NCBI GenBank assembly: GCA_963832165.1
Contig: CAWHTE010000007.1
Span: forward strand, 832,001 to 896,000
DNA: 64,000 bases
Reading direction: 5' to 3'
Source of the DNA: an uncultured delta proteobacterium
Lineage (GTDB): Bacteria; Myxococcota_A; UBA9160; SMWR01
The position numbers and the translations under genes were made by a program. Each line of letters starts with the position of its first letter. Position 1 is the first letter of the stretch. Positions 39,582 to 49,424 of the stretch are shown in pieces. The notes below the pieces were generated by a model that was not told the origin of the DNA, did no database searches, and worked only from the letters and a program-made list of their open reading frames with translations.

Positions 39582-40348
39582 AGAATCTGTTCTCGGTCGA
39601 AGGCAAGGTGGTGCTCGTGACCGGCGGCAGCCGCGGTATCGGGCTCATGATCGCGCGCGGCTTCGCCGAGAACGGCGCGCGCGTGTACGTGTCGTCGCGC
39701 AGCGCGGATGCGTGTGCCGAGACAGCCGCGCAGCTCTCGAAGGTGGGCACGTGCGTGGCGCTGCCGGCCGACATCTCGAAGGTCTCCGAGGTGAAGCGGC
39801 TCGCGGCCGAGCTCGGCGAGCGCGAGCCCGCGCTGCACGTGCTCGTGAACAATGCGGGCGCGAACTGGGGTGCGCCGCTCGAGGAATATCCCGACGCGTC
39901 CTGGGACAAGGTGCTCGCGGTGAACGTGAAGGCCGTGTTCCACCTCACCGTCGCACTGCTGCCGCAGCTCGCCGCCGCGGCGACGCCGGACGATCCCGCG
40001 CGCGTGATCAACGTGGGCTCGATCGACGGCCTCCAGGTGCCGGCGCTCGAGACCTACGCCTACTCCGCGAGCAAGGCGGCGGTGCACCACATGACGCGCG
40101 TGCTCGCGCGCAAGCTCGCGTCGCGCGACATCACCGTGAACGCGATCGCGCCCGGGCCGTTCGAGAGCAAGATGATGGCCGCCACGCTCGAGAAGTTCCG
40201 CGACTCGCTCGTGAAGACGATCCCGCGCAAGCGGATCGGCGAGCCCGAGGACATGGCGGGCGCGGCGATCTACCTCGCGTCGCGCGCAGGCGCCTACGTG
40301 ACGGGTGCGGTGATTCCCGTCGACGGCGGGATCTGGACCACGAAGTAG
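39578..40348 (+). CDS. SDR family oxidoreductase
   Basis: TGGSRGIG, NNAG, YSASK, NAIAPG, DGG. Confidence 0.9.
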   Translation: MKNLFSVEGKVVLVTGGSRGIGLMIARGFAENGARVYVSSRSADACAETAAQLSKVGTCVALPADISKVSEVKRLAAELGEREPALHVLVNNAGANWGAPLEEYPDASWDKVLAVNVKAVFHLTVALLPQLAAAATPDDPARVINVGSIDGLQVPALETYAYSASKAAVHHMTRVLARKLASRDITVNAIAPGPFESKMMAATLEKFRDSLVKTIPRKRIGEPEDMAGAAIYLASRAGAYVTGAVIPVDGGIWTTK

Positions 40349-40351
40349 CGG

Positions 40352-41038
40352 TCAGCGGCTCGAGCGCGCGGTCAGCTCGGGAAAGAACATCCGCTCGAGC
40401 GCGGCGACGTGATCGGCGACAAGCGCCTCGTCGGTCGCGCGTTCACCCGTTAGTAGCTCGAACTCGGCGCCGAGCGCGTAGACCGACGACGCTGCGCCGA
40501 TCAGCATGTAGTGCAGGTGCGCGGGGCTGCCGAGCAGCGCCATGCCCTCGCGCTGCGCGGCCTCGATCATCGCGCGCACGAAGTCGTAGATCGGCCGGAT
40601 GTGGGTTTCGACCAGCCACTCGAGGCGCGGACTGCGGCCGAATGCCTCCTGGATCATGAAGCGGTGCAGCTCGGGATGCGCGGCCGCGAAGCGCACGAAG
40701 TCGCGCAGCACGAGGCGCAGCCGCGTCGGCAGATCGACGCCCTCGAGGCCCGCGAGCCGCTTGCGAAACGTGTCGCCTAGCAATCCGAAGATCCGGTCGG
40801 CGGCCGCGCGCCAGAGCGCGTCCTTGGTCGTGAAGTGATAGGGCAGCGCCGCGAGCGCGACGCCGGCGCGGCGGGCGATTTCGCGCGTCGTGGCGCCCTC
40901 GAAGCCGTGCATCGCGAACTCCTGGACCGCGGCGTCGATCAGCCGGTCGCGCGTGTCGAGGGTTCTCTGCTGCGGCCGCTTCGCGGCGCGCCGGCGGGCG
41001 GGGCGGGGGCGGGAGGACTTGGCTCGGGCTTGACTCAT
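40352..41038 (-). CDS. TetR/AcrR family transcriptional regulator
   Basis: GFEGATTREIARRAGV....YHF.TKD.LW HTH. Confidence 0.9.
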   Translation of the reverse strand: MSQARAKSSRPRPARRRAAKRPQQRTLDTRDRLIDAAVQEFAMHGFEGATTREIARRAGVALAALPYHFTTKDALWRAAADRIFGLLGDTFRKRLAGLEGVDLPTRLRLVLRDFVRFAAAHPELHRFMIQEAFGRSPRLEWLVETHIRPIYDFVRAMIEAAQREGMALLGSPAHLHYMLIGAASSVYALGAEFELLTGERATDEALVADHVAALERMFFPELTARSSR

Positions 41039-41049
41039 GGGCCTCAATA

Positions 41050-41096
41050 TTGTACAAACGTACTACTTTGTCAATATTAATAGTACGTCCGTACTA
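41050..41096. promoter_or_regulatory. Divergent promoter region with two TetR-type operators
   Basis: Palindrome TAGTACG-TC-CGTACTA (41081-41096) and degenerate TTGTACAAACGTACTA (41050-41065) in an AT-rich spacer containing TTGACA (- strand) and TTGTCA (+ strand). Confidence 0.75.
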
Positions 41097-41116
41097 GGGC
41101 GAGCTGGGAGCCAGGC

Positions 41117-41992
41117 ATGAGACTCTGCACCTTCGAGCATCGGGGCGAGCTCCGGATCGGCGCGGTCGTCGACGAGGAGGTGATCGACCTCGCGGCCGCC
41201 GCGCCCGAACTGCCGCGCGAGATGAGCGCGCTGCTCGCAGCGGGCGACGCGGCCCTGCGCGCCGCTGCGAACGCTGCGACGCGCGCGGTGCCGCGACTCC
41301 GGCTCGACTCCGTGCGCCTGCACGCGCCGATCCTGCGGCCCCCGAAGTTCCTCGCGATCGGTCTCAACTACGCCGATCACGTCGCGGAGGCGGGCCTCGA
41401 GACTCCGAAGGTTCCGACCGTCTTCAACAAGCAGTCGACCTGCGTCGCGGGCCCGCGCGACGCCGTGCACATGCCGCGCGTCTCGTCGGCACTCGACTAC
41501 GAGGGCGAGCTCGGCTTCGTGATCGGCAAGCGCTGCCGGCACGTGCCGCGCGCGCGTGCCCGCGAGGTGATCGCGGGATATCTGATCGTGAACGACGTCT
41601 CCGTGCGCGACTGGCAGCTGCGCGTCCCGACCTGGACGATGGGCAAGTCGTTCGACACGCACGGCCCGATCGGTCCATGGCTCACCACGGCCGACGAGAT
41701 CGAGCCGCACGGACTGCGCCTGCGCACCTGGGTGAACGACGAGCTCCGCCAGGACTCGAATACCAAGGAGCTGATCTTCGACTGCGATGCGCTCGTCGAG
41801 CATCTCTCGACCGCGTTCACGCTCGAGCCGGGTGACGTGATCGCGACTGGCACGCCGGGCGGCGTCGGCATCGCGATGAAGCCGCCCAAGCTGCTGCGCG
41901 TGGGCGACGTCGTGCGGATCGAGATCGACGGCCTCGGCGCGCTCGAGAACCCCGTGGTGGCCGAGCCCGCGGCCGCGGCGGAGGTGCGATGA
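41117..41992 (+). CDS. Fumarylacetoacetate hydrolase family protein
   Basis: IGLNY.DH, DYEGEL, NDVS.RD.Q, GKSFDT..P.GP, TGTP.GVG. Confidence 0.9.
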   Translation: MRLCTFEHRGELRIGAVVDEEVIDLAAAAPELPREMSALLAAGDAALRAAANAATRAVPRLRLDSVRLHAPILRPPKFLAIGLNYADHVAEAGLETPKVPTVFNKQSTCVAGPRDAVHMPRVSSALDYEGELGFVIGKRCRHVPRARAREVIAGYLIVNDVSVRDWQLRVPTWTMGKSFDTHGPIGPWLTTADEIEPHGLRLRTWVNDELRQDSNTKELIFDCDALVEHLSTAFTLEPGDVIATGTPGGVGIAMKPPKLLRVGDVVRIEIDGLGALENPVVAEPAAAAEVR

Positions 41993-42042
41993 CGGCCGTC
42001 GATCGCACCAACGCGTTGTCGCTGTTTGCGGAGGAGTCCTGA

Positions 42043-42960
42043 ATGGCCCTGCACCGCCTCGCTTCTGTTGCCATCGCCGCACCGCACACCGACGCCGTGC
42101 GCGCCTTCTACCGCGACTTCGGACTCGCCGAGACCGCGCCCGGGCGCTTCGCGTCCGCTGACGGCGGCGAGCAGCTGCGCATCGAGCCGGGCCCGCGCCG
42201 CCAGGTACTCGCGCTCGCGATCGGCGTCGACGACGCCGACGACGTCGCGCGCGCCGAGGCGGCGCTCAGGCGGCTCGGCGTCGCGGCGGAGCTGGGCGCG
42301 CGCGCGCTCGAGGCGGTCGAGCCCGCGACCCGCATGCGCGTGCGGCTCGAAATCCAGCCGCGGCTCGACCAGAAGCCCCCGGCGCGCCTCGCGCTGAACG
42401 CGCCGGGTCGCGTCGAGCGCGTAAACGCGCGCTCGCTCGCCGCGCCTAGCAACCTACCGGCGCACCCGCGCAAGCTCTCGCACGTGGTCATCGGATCGCC
42501 CGACGCGTCCGCGTCGCTCCGCTTCTTCGTCGATGGCATCGGCTTCCGCGTGAGCGATGCGATGCCCGGAGGGGTCGCGAGCTTCCTGCGCTGCTCGACC
42601 GACCACCACAACCTGCTCGTCCAGCCAGGCCCGGTGCCCTACCTGCACCATACCGCCTGGGAGATGGACGACCTCGATGCGGTGGGTCGCGCTGCGGCGG
42701 CGATGGTCGCAGCCGACCCCGACCGCCATGTCTGGGGTCTCGGCCGCCACGGCATCGGCTCCAACTACTTCTGGTACCTGCGCGATCCGGGCGGCGCGTT
42801 CGCGGAGTACACGAGCGATCTCGATGTGATCACGGAAGACGAAGTGTGGAAGGTGGCGGCGTCGGTGCCCGTGCACCCGCTCGCGGCGTGGGGACCGCCG
42901 GTGCCGAGGAGCTTCATCGCGCCCGACGACATCATGGCGCTCGCGCGCGGGGAGGCGTGA
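42043..42960 (+). CDS. VOC family extradiol ring-cleavage dioxygenase-like protein
   Basis: Two VOC domains; HVV, DHH, HHTAWE, GRH..GSNYF.Y.RDP.G...EY. Confidence 0.85.
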   Translation: MALHRLASVAIAAPHTDAVRAFYRDFGLAETAPGRFASADGGEQLRIEPGPRRQVLALAIGVDDADDVARAEAALRRLGVAAELGARALEAVEPATRMRVRLEIQPRLDQKPPARLALNAPGRVERVNARSLAAPSNLPAHPRKLSHVVIGSPDASASLRFFVDGIGFRVSDAMPGGVASFLRCSTDHHNLLVQPGPVPYLHHTAWEMDDLDAVGRAAAAMVAADPDRHVWGLGRHGIGSNYFWYLRDPGGAFAEYTSDLDVITEDEVWKVAASVPVHPLAAWGPPVPRSFIAPDDIMALARGEA

Positions 42961-44132
42961 AGCTCGCCGTGTCTCGTCCTGAGCTCGCGGTCGATCTCTA
43001 CACCGACACGGCGATCGTGGATCCGCATCCGCTCTACCGCGCGATACGCGATCTCGCGCCCGCGGTGTGGCTGTCCGCGCACGACGTGTGGGCGATCGGG
43101 CGCCATCGCGACGTGCGCGCTGCGCTGCGCGCGGACGACGTGCTCGTCTCGGGCCGTGGCGTTGCGCTCTCCGGGTTCGTGAACGAGCAACCCGCGCGCA
43201 CGACGCTCGCGAGCGACGGGGACGTGCACCGCCGGCGCCGCGCGGTGCTCATGAAGCCGATGATGCCGAGCGCGCTCGCGCAGGTGCGGCCCACGGTCGA
43301 GCGGCTCGCGCACGAGCTCGTCGCGCGGCTGGTTGCGCGTGACTCCTTCGATGGGATCGCCGATTTCGCGCGTCACCTGCCCGTAGCCGTGGTCTCGCAT
43401 CTGGTCGGACTGCCCGAAGAGGGCCGCGAGCGCATGCTCGAGTGGGCCGCGGCCACGTTCGACGCGCTGGGTCCCGCGAACGCGCGCGCGCACGCGGCTG
43501 GCCCCGCGATGCTCGAGATGATCCGCTATGCGATCGGCGTCGAACGCAAGCGCCTCGATCCGAGCGGCTGGGCGGCGCGGCTGTTCGAGGCTGCCGAGGC
43601 GGGGTCGCTCGACCCCGAGGACGTTCCGGGGCTGCTGATCGACTACATCGCACCGAGCCTCGACACCACGATCCTCGCCGCAGGGCATCTCCTGCATCTG
43701 CTCGGCTCGCATCCCGAGCAGTGGGAGCTCGTGCGCCGCGATGCGGCGCTGATCCCCGGCGCCGTGAACGAGGCGCTGCGCTTCGAGGCGCCCGTGCGCG
43801 CGTTCACGCGCTTCGCCGCGGCGGACTACCGCGCCGACGGCGTGGAGATCGCGCAGGGCGAGCGCGTCCTCGTGCTGTTCGGGGCCGCCAACCGCGACGA
43901 GCGCCGCTATGCGGAGCCCGACCGCTTCGACGTCCTGCGCGACGCGCGCGACCACGTCGGATTCGGCCACGGAGTGCACCGCTGCGCGGGCGGACACCTC
44001 GCTCAGCTCGAGCTCGAGGCTCTCTTGCGCGCGATGGCGACGCGCGTGCGCGAGATCGAAGTGGGCGGCCCCGCGCCGCTGCTCTCGAACGTGCTGCGCG
44101 GCTACCGCAGCTTCGCGGCGTCGTTCCGATGA
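42957..44132 (+). CDS. Cytochrome P450
   Basis: I-helix APSLDTT, EALR (ExxR), ANRD, heme motif FGHGVHRCAG. Confidence 0.95.
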   Translation: MKLAVSRPELAVDLYTDTAIVDPHPLYRAIRDLAPAVWLSAHDVWAIGRHRDVRAALRADDVLVSGRGVALSGFVNEQPARTTLASDGDVHRRRRAVLMKPMMPSALAQVRPTVERLAHELVARLVARDSFDGIADFARHLPVAVVSHLVGLPEEGRERMLEWAAATFDALGPANARAHAAGPAMLEMIRYAIGVERKRLDPSGWAARLFEAAEAGSLDPEDVPGLLIDYIAPSLDTTILAAGHLLHLLGSHPEQWELVRRDAALIPGAVNEALRFEAPVRAFTRFAAADYRADGVEIAQGERVLVLFGAANRDERRYAEPDRFDVLRDARDHVGFGHGVHRCAGGHLAQLELEALLRAMATRVREIEVGGPAPLLSNVLRGYRSFAASFR

Positions 44133-45658
44133 GCGCGAGCGATCCGATCGACGTCGCGATCGTCGGCTACGGGCCGGTCGGCCAGCTGCTCGCGATCCTG
44201 CTCGGGCAGCGCGGGTGGCGCGTTCACGTGGTGGAGCGCTGGGACCAACCCTATCCGCTACCGCGCGCGGTCCACTTCGACCACGAGGTCGGCCGGATCC
44301 TCCAGCTCGCCGGCGTCGCGGACGCGCTCGCGGGCCGCACCGTCGCCGCGCCGAACTACGAGTGGCGCAACGCGGCCGGCAAGACGCTGATCCGCTTCGG
44401 GCGCGACACCGAGCGCAGTCTCTCGGCCTGGCCCGAGTCGAACATGGTCCGGCAGCCCGAGCTCGAGCAGATCCTCGACGAACGCGCGCGCGCGCTGTCT
44501 TCGGTCTCGGTCGAGCGCGGCGCGGAGGCGACCGGGCTCCGGATCCTTCCCGACGGCGTCGCAACCTCGGTGCGGCGCGTGGGCGAGCCGGCTCGCGAGC
44601 TCCGCGCGCGCTTCGCCGTGGGCTGCGACGGCGCGAATAGCATCGTGCGCGGGCAGATCGGCTCCGGCTGGCACGATCTCGGTTTCCACTTCGATTGGCT
44701 CGTGGTGGATGTGTTTCCAGGCGATCCGCGCTGGGACGGGCCGCTCAACTGGCAGCTCTGCGATCCCGCGCGCCCCACGACGGTCGTCTCGGGTGGGCCC
44801 GGGCGGCGGCGCTGGGAGTTCATGCGGCTTCCGCACGAATCGATCGACGACCTGAACAGCGAGGAGGCCGCGTGGCGCCTGCTCGAGCCCTGGGGCGTCA
44901 AGCCCGGCAACGCCGAGCTCGAGCGCCACGCCGTCTATACGTTTGGCGCGCGCTGGGCCGACCGCTGGCGCAACGGCCACGCGCTGATCGCGGGCGACGC
45001 CGCGCACCAGATGCCGCCGTTCGCGGGGCAGGGCATGTGCGCGGGCCTGCGCGACGCCGCAAACCTCGCCTGGAAGCTCGATCTCGTGCTGCGGGGCCAG
45101 GCGAGCGATGCGTTGCTCGACACCTACATGAGCGAGCGCGCGCCCCACGTCGCGGCTGTGATCGACATGTCCGTCGCACTCGGGAAGATCATCTGTGTCG
45201 CTGATCCCGCGGAGGCGGCCGCGCGTGATCGGCGCATGCTCGCGGACGCGCACAGCGCTCCGATCGCGGCGTCGCTGCCGCCGCTCGGGCCCGGCTGCTC
45301 CGCGGAGGGTTCGCGAGGCGCGGGTCAGCTCTTCGTGCAGGACCTCGTGCGTCACCGTGGAACGAGCGGCCGATTCGACGACGTCGTCGGGCGTGGCTTC
45401 GCGCTCGTGAGCCCCGCCGGCGATCCCGCCACCGCGCTCGATGCCGAGAGCACGGCGTTCTTCGCCTCGCTCGGCGGCATCACCGCGCACGTCGCCGCGC
45501 GCGCGCCGGTCGAGGACCTGCGCGGCGGCTACGCGCGCTGGTTCGAAGAGCACGCGGCCGCGGTGGCGCTGGTGCGCCCCGACTTCGCGGTGTTCGGAAC
45601 GGCGTCGGCACTCGACGGCGCGCGCGCTCTCGTCGCGGAGCTGCGCGCGCGACTATAA
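44129..45658 (+). CDS. MhpA-like FAD-dependent aromatic hydroxylase
   Basis: [49 protein letters not shown]. Confidence 0.9.
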   Translation: MSASDPIDVAIVGYGPVGQLLAILLGQRGWRVHVVERWDQPYPLPRAVHFDHEVGRILQLAGVADALAGRTVAAPNYEWRNAAGKTLIRFGRDTERSLSAWPESNMVRQPELEQILDERARALSSVSVERGAEATGLRILPDGVATSVRRVGEPARELRARFAVGCDGANSIVRGQIGSGWHDLGFHFDWLVVDVFPGDPRWDGPLNWQLCDPARPTTVVSGGPGRRRWEFMRLPHESIDDLNSEEAAWRLLEPWGVKPGNAELERHAVYTFGARWADRWRNGHALIAGDAAHQMPPFAGQGMCAGLRDAANLAWKLDLVLRGQASDALLDTYMSERAPHVAAVIDMSVALGKIICVADPAEAAARDRRMLADAHSAPIAASLPPLGPGCSAEGSRGAGQLFVQDLVRHRGTSGRFDDVVGRGFALVSPAGDPATALDAESTAFFASLGGITAHVAARAPVEDLRGGYARWFEEHAAAVALVRPDFAVFGTASALDGARALVAELRARL

Positions 45659-45692
45659 TCGCCCACCTTCGAGATCCACTCGGGAGGACGCG

Positions 45693-46799
45693 ATGAAGAT
45701 CAAGGCGGCGGTGGCGTTCGAGGCGGCCAAGCCGCTCGTGATCGAGGAGCTCGAGCTCGAGGGGCCGAAGGCGGGTGAGGTGATGATTCGGCTCGCGGCC
45801 ACGGGCGTGTGTCACACCGACGCGTTCACGCTCTCCGGTCGCGATCCCGAGGGCCTGTTCCCGTCGGTGCTCGGGCACGAGGGCTCGGGCATCGTCGAAG
45901 CGGTGGGAGCCGGCGTCACCTCGGTCGCGCCGGGCGATCATGTCGTTCCGCTCTACATGCCCGAGTGTCGCCAGTGCAAGTTTTGTCTTAGCGGAAAAAC
46001 CAATCTCTGCATCACGCTGCGCGATAAGCAGGGCAAGGGTCTGATGCCCGACGGCACGAGCCGGCTCTCCTACAAGGGCCGCTTGATCCACCACTACATG
46101 GGCACGTCGACGTTTGCCGAGCGCACCGTGCTGCCCGAGATCGCGGTCGCGAAGATCCGCAAGGACGCACCGCTCGACAAGGTGTGCCTGTTCGGCTGCG
46201 CCGTGAGCACGGGGATCGGCGCGGTGCTCTACACGGCGAAGGCGGAGCCGGGCTCGATCGTGGCCGTGTTCGGACTCGGCGGCGTCGGGCTCTCGGTGAT
46301 CCAGGGCGCCGTGCTCGCAGGTGCGGACCAGATCATCGCGATCGACACCAACCCCGCGAAGTTCGCGCTCGCGAAGCAGTTCGGCGCCACCCACACGCTG
46401 AACCCCTCCGACACCGCGAATCTCGTCGAGGCCGTGCTCGAGCTCTCGGGTGGGGGCGTCGACTACTCGTTCGAGTGCATCGGGAACGTCGAGGTGATGG
46501 GCCAGGCGCTCCAGGTGGCGCACCGCGGCTGGGGCCAGTCGATCATCATCGGCGTGGCGGGCGCGGGCCAGGAGATCCACGCGCGGCCGTTTCTGCTCGT
46601 GACGGGCCGCTCGTGGCGCGGCTCGGCGTTCGGCGGCGTGAAGGGCCGCACGCAGGTGCCGAAGTTCGTCGACCAGTACATGAATCGCCGGATCAAGCTC
46701 GACGAGTACGTCACCGAGAAGCGCCCGCTCGAAGAGATCAACACCGCGTTCGAAAAGATGCACGCGGGCGAGGTGATCCGGAGCGTGATCGTCTACTGA
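45693..46799 (+). CDS. frmA: S-(hydroxymethyl)glutathione dehydrogenase / class III ADH
   Basis: [26 protein letters not shown]...[28 protein letters not shown]. Confidence 0.95.
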   Translation: MKIKAAVAFEAAKPLVIEELELEGPKAGEVMIRLAATGVCHTDAFTLSGRDPEGLFPSVLGHEGSGIVEAVGAGVTSVAPGDHVVPLYMPECRQCKFCLSGKTNLCITLRDKQGKGLMPDGTSRLSYKGRLIHHYMGTSTFAERTVLPEIAVAKIRKDAPLDKVCLFGCAVSTGIGAVLYTAKAEPGSIVAVFGLGGVGLSVIQGAVLAGADQIIAIDTNPAKFALAKQFGATHTLNPSDTANLVEAVLELSGGGVDYSFECIGNVEVMGQALQVAHRGWGQSIIIGVAGAGQEIHARPFLLVTGRSWRGSAFGGVKGRTQVPKFVDQYMNRRIKLDEYVTEKRPLEEINTAFEKMHAGEVIRSVIVY

Positions 46800-46800
46800 G

Positions 46801-47583
46801 ATGAGTCAGCTCGTATTCGATCAGCGCGTCGCCGACCAGCTCGAGGTGATGTACCGGAAGCGCGACGTGCTGCGCCGTCGCCAGCTCGTGCGCGATGCGC
46901 TCGCGTGCTCGTCCGGCGACCGCGTGCTCGACGTCGGCTGCGGCCCGGGCTTTTACGCCGCGGAGCTGCTCGAGCAGGTGGGGCCGCAGGGCTGCGTGGT
47001 CGGGGTCGATGCGAGCCCGGCGATGCTCGCGATCGCCGCGCGGCGCTGCGAAGGCCGCGGGCGCGCGACCTTTCACGAGGCGCAGGCGACGTCGCTGCCC
47101 GTCGAGAGCGGCAGCTTCGAACGCGCGCTCAGCGTGCAGGTGCTCGAGTACGTGGCCGACGTGCCCGCCGCGCTGGCCGAGATCCACCGGGTGCTGCGCC
47201 CGGGTGGGCGCGTCGTGATCTGGGACGTCGACTGGTCGACGCTCTCGTGGCACTCGAGCGATCCCGAGCGGATGTCGCGCGTGCTGCGCGCCTGGGACCG
47301 CCACCTCGCCCACCCGGCACTGCCGCGCACGCTCGCGGCCGGGCTGCGCGCGGCCGGGTTCGCCGACGTGCACGCCCAGGCGCACGCGTTCACGGCGGTC
47401 GGCTTCGACCCGGAGACCTACGGGGGGATGGCGCTCGGCCTGATCGAGAACTACGTCGCGGGGCTCGACGCCGAGTCGGCCGCGCTCGCGAAGGAGTGGG
47501 CGACCGAGCAGCGCGAGCTCGCCGAGCGCGGAGAGTATTTCTTCTGCGTCACCCAGTTCTGCTTCGCGGCGGCGCGACCCTGA
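46801..47583 (+). CDS. Class I SAM-dependent methyltransferase
   Basis: VLDVGCGPG, GVD.S..ML, RVLRPGG. Confidence 0.9.
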   Translation: MSQLVFDQRVADQLEVMYRKRDVLRRRQLVRDALACSSGDRVLDVGCGPGFYAAELLEQVGPQGCVVGVDASPAMLAIAARRCEGRGRATFHEAQATSLPVESGSFERALSVQVLEYVADVPAALAEIHRVLRPGGRVVIWDVDWSTLSWHSSDPERMSRVLRAWDRHLAHPALPRTLAAGLRAAGFADVHAQAHAFTAVGFDPETYGGMALGLIENYVAGLDAESAALAKEWATEQRELAERGEYFFCVTQFCFAAARP

Positions 47584-47770
47584 TCGATCGCACGCCGCGC
47601 TAATGCGCGGCTAACACCGCCCAACGAGGGAGGCGCGGAGCCTTTCGCGGAACCGGGCGTTCTCCGACATCTCCGAGCGGCGTGCGACCCCGGTCCCGCT
47701 CGATCGAACGCACTCGGCTCTCTCCGGGCATTGAGGAGTTCCGCCCCGGCGTGTTGTCCTCCGCGCCGAG

Positions 47771-48706
47771 ATGGAGTCGGGGGGCGGAGCAGTGATCGTC
47801 CCGGAGCTCGTGGCGGCGAGCGCGCCGATGCGCGGCGTGCTCTGCGAGGTGGAGCGCGTCGCGGCGCTCTCGTCGACCGTGCTGCTGCTCGGCGAGACGG
47901 GCGTCGGCAAGGGGCTCGTGGCGCGCACGCTGCACCGCCGATCGCCGCGCCGCCAGCTCCCGTTCGTGCACGCCGACTGCGCCTCGCTCGCGCCGTCGGT
48001 ACTCGAGAGCGAGCTGTTCGGGCACGAGCGTGGCGCATTCACGGGTGCGGTCGCGCGCCGGATCGGGCGTTTCGAGCGCGCGGGCACCGGCACGCTCTTC
48101 CTCGACGAGGTCGGCGAGCTCGACGCGGCGCTCCAGGGGCGCCTGCTGCGCGTGTTGCAGGACCGCGAGTTCGAGCGCGTGGGCAGCAGCGAGCCGCGTG
48201 GGTTCGGCGCGCGGATCGTCTCGGCGACGCAGCGCGACCTCGCGGCCGACGTACGCGCGGGCAGGTTCCGCGCGGATCTCTTCTACCGCCTCGATGTGAT
48301 CCGGATCGCGATTCCACCGCTGCGCGAGCGCCGCGAGGACATCGCACCGCTGTGCGCAGCGGCGCTCGCGCGGATCGCCGCGCGACACGGCTCGGCACCG
48401 CCGCGGCTCTCCGAGTCGGCACTCGCCGCGCTCGCACAGCACCCGTGGCCCGGCAACGTGCGCGAGCTCGAGAACGCGCTCGAGCGGCTCAGCGTGCGCC
48501 ACACGGGCGCGTGGGTCGGTGCCGATGACGTGCGCGACGTGCTCGACCTGCGCGCCGCGCGCGACGACCTCGTGCGCGAGACGCCGCCCGACATCGCGCG
48601 CGCGCTCCGCGATGCCGACGGCAACGTGGCGGCGGCCGCGCGCTCGCTCGGCGTGCCGCGCACCACACTGAGGCGGCGCATCGCGCTCCTCGCGGCCGCG
48701 CGGTGA
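47771..48706 (+). CDS. Sigma-54 enhancer-binding protein lacking a sensory domain (AAA+ + Fis HTH)
   Basis: GETGVGK, ESELFGH, GAFTGA, FLDE, FRADLFYRL, WPGNVREL, C-terminal HTH. Confidence 0.9.
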   Translation: MESGGGAVIVPELVAASAPMRGVLCEVERVAALSSTVLLLGETGVGKGLVARTLHRRSPRRQLPFVHADCASLAPSVLESELFGHERGAFTGAVARRIGRFERAGTGTLFLDEVGELDAALQGRLLRVLQDREFERVGSSEPRGFGARIVSATQRDLAADVRAGRFRADLFYRLDVIRIAIPPLRERREDIAPLCAAALARIAARHGSAPPRLSESALAALAQHPWPGNVRELENALERLSVRHTGAWVGADDVRDVLDLRAARDDLVRETPPDIARALRDADGNVAAAARSLGVPRTTLRRRIALLAAAR

Positions 48707-48727
48707 TTCCCGTGTATGATCGCCCGC

Positions 48728-49423
48728 GTGGATCTCTTCGCAGCACTGCTCTGGTATGTCGCGCTGCTCTTCTCGCTGTGCTGCCACGAGGCGGCGCACG
48801 GCTGGGCCGCGCAACGCGGTGGCGATCCCACCGCCTATCTCGGCGGCCAGGTGACGCTCGATCCGCGCCCGCACATCCGGCGCGAGCCGTTCGGCACCGT
48901 CGTGGTGCCGCTGCTCGCGTTCTCGTCGGCGGGCTGGATGATCGGTTGGGCGAGCACGCCCTACGACCCGCACTGGGCGATCCGCTACCCGCGCCGCGCG
49001 GCGTGGATGTCGCTCGCGGGTCCCGCCGCGAATGCGGCGCTCGTGCTCGCGGCCGCGCTCGCGATCCGGGTCGGGATCGCGGGTGGCGTGTTCGACGCGC
49101 CCGTCTCGATCGGTTTCCAGCGCGTCGCCGAGAGCGCGCTCGGTGGCGCGTGGGAGACGACGGCCATGTTCGTCTCGATCCTGTTCACGCTGAACCTCGT
49201 GCTGCTCGTGTTCAATCTGATCCCGGTGCCTCCGCTCGACGGCGCCGGAGCGATCGGGCTTCTCTTGCCCGAGCGGCTCGCGCTGCGGATGCAGATGGTG
49301 TTCGCGCGGCCCGCGTGGGCCTTCTTCGGCCTGCTCGTCGCGTGGTTCGCGATGGGGCGCCTGCTGCCGCCCGTGCACCGCGCGGCGATCCGGCTGCTCT
49401 ATCCCGAGCTCGGATACTCCTGA
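48728..49423 (+). CDS. Site-2 protease (M50) family membrane metalloprotease
   Basis: HEAAH, AGP.AN, FNLIPVPPLDG; GTG 48728 lies 7 nt after TATGAT (ATG 48716 is an alternative start). Confidence 0.9.
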   Translation: MDLFAALLWYVALLFSLCCHEAAHGWAAQRGGDPTAYLGGQVTLDPRPHIRREPFGTVVVPLLAFSSAGWMIGWASTPYDPHWAIRYPRRAAWMSLAGPAANAALVLAAALAIRVGIAGGVFDAPVSIGFQRVAESALGGAWETTAMFVSILFTLNLVLLVFNLIPVPPLDGAGAIGLLLPERLALRMQMVFARPAWAFFGLLVAWFAMGRLLPPVHRAAIRLLYPELGYS

Positions 49424-49424
49424 G

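Noticed and set aside
42040..42042. Selenocysteine or readthrough TGA extending the VOC protein
   Set aside because: VOC has its own GGAGGAG SD and ATG; the position is not a catalytic Cys site and no SECIS-like hairpin was evident
47584..47770. Hidden pqqA or other peptide gene in the intergenic gap
   Set aside because: The short ORFs here (for example MPGESRVRS... on minus) lack ExxxY and an SD
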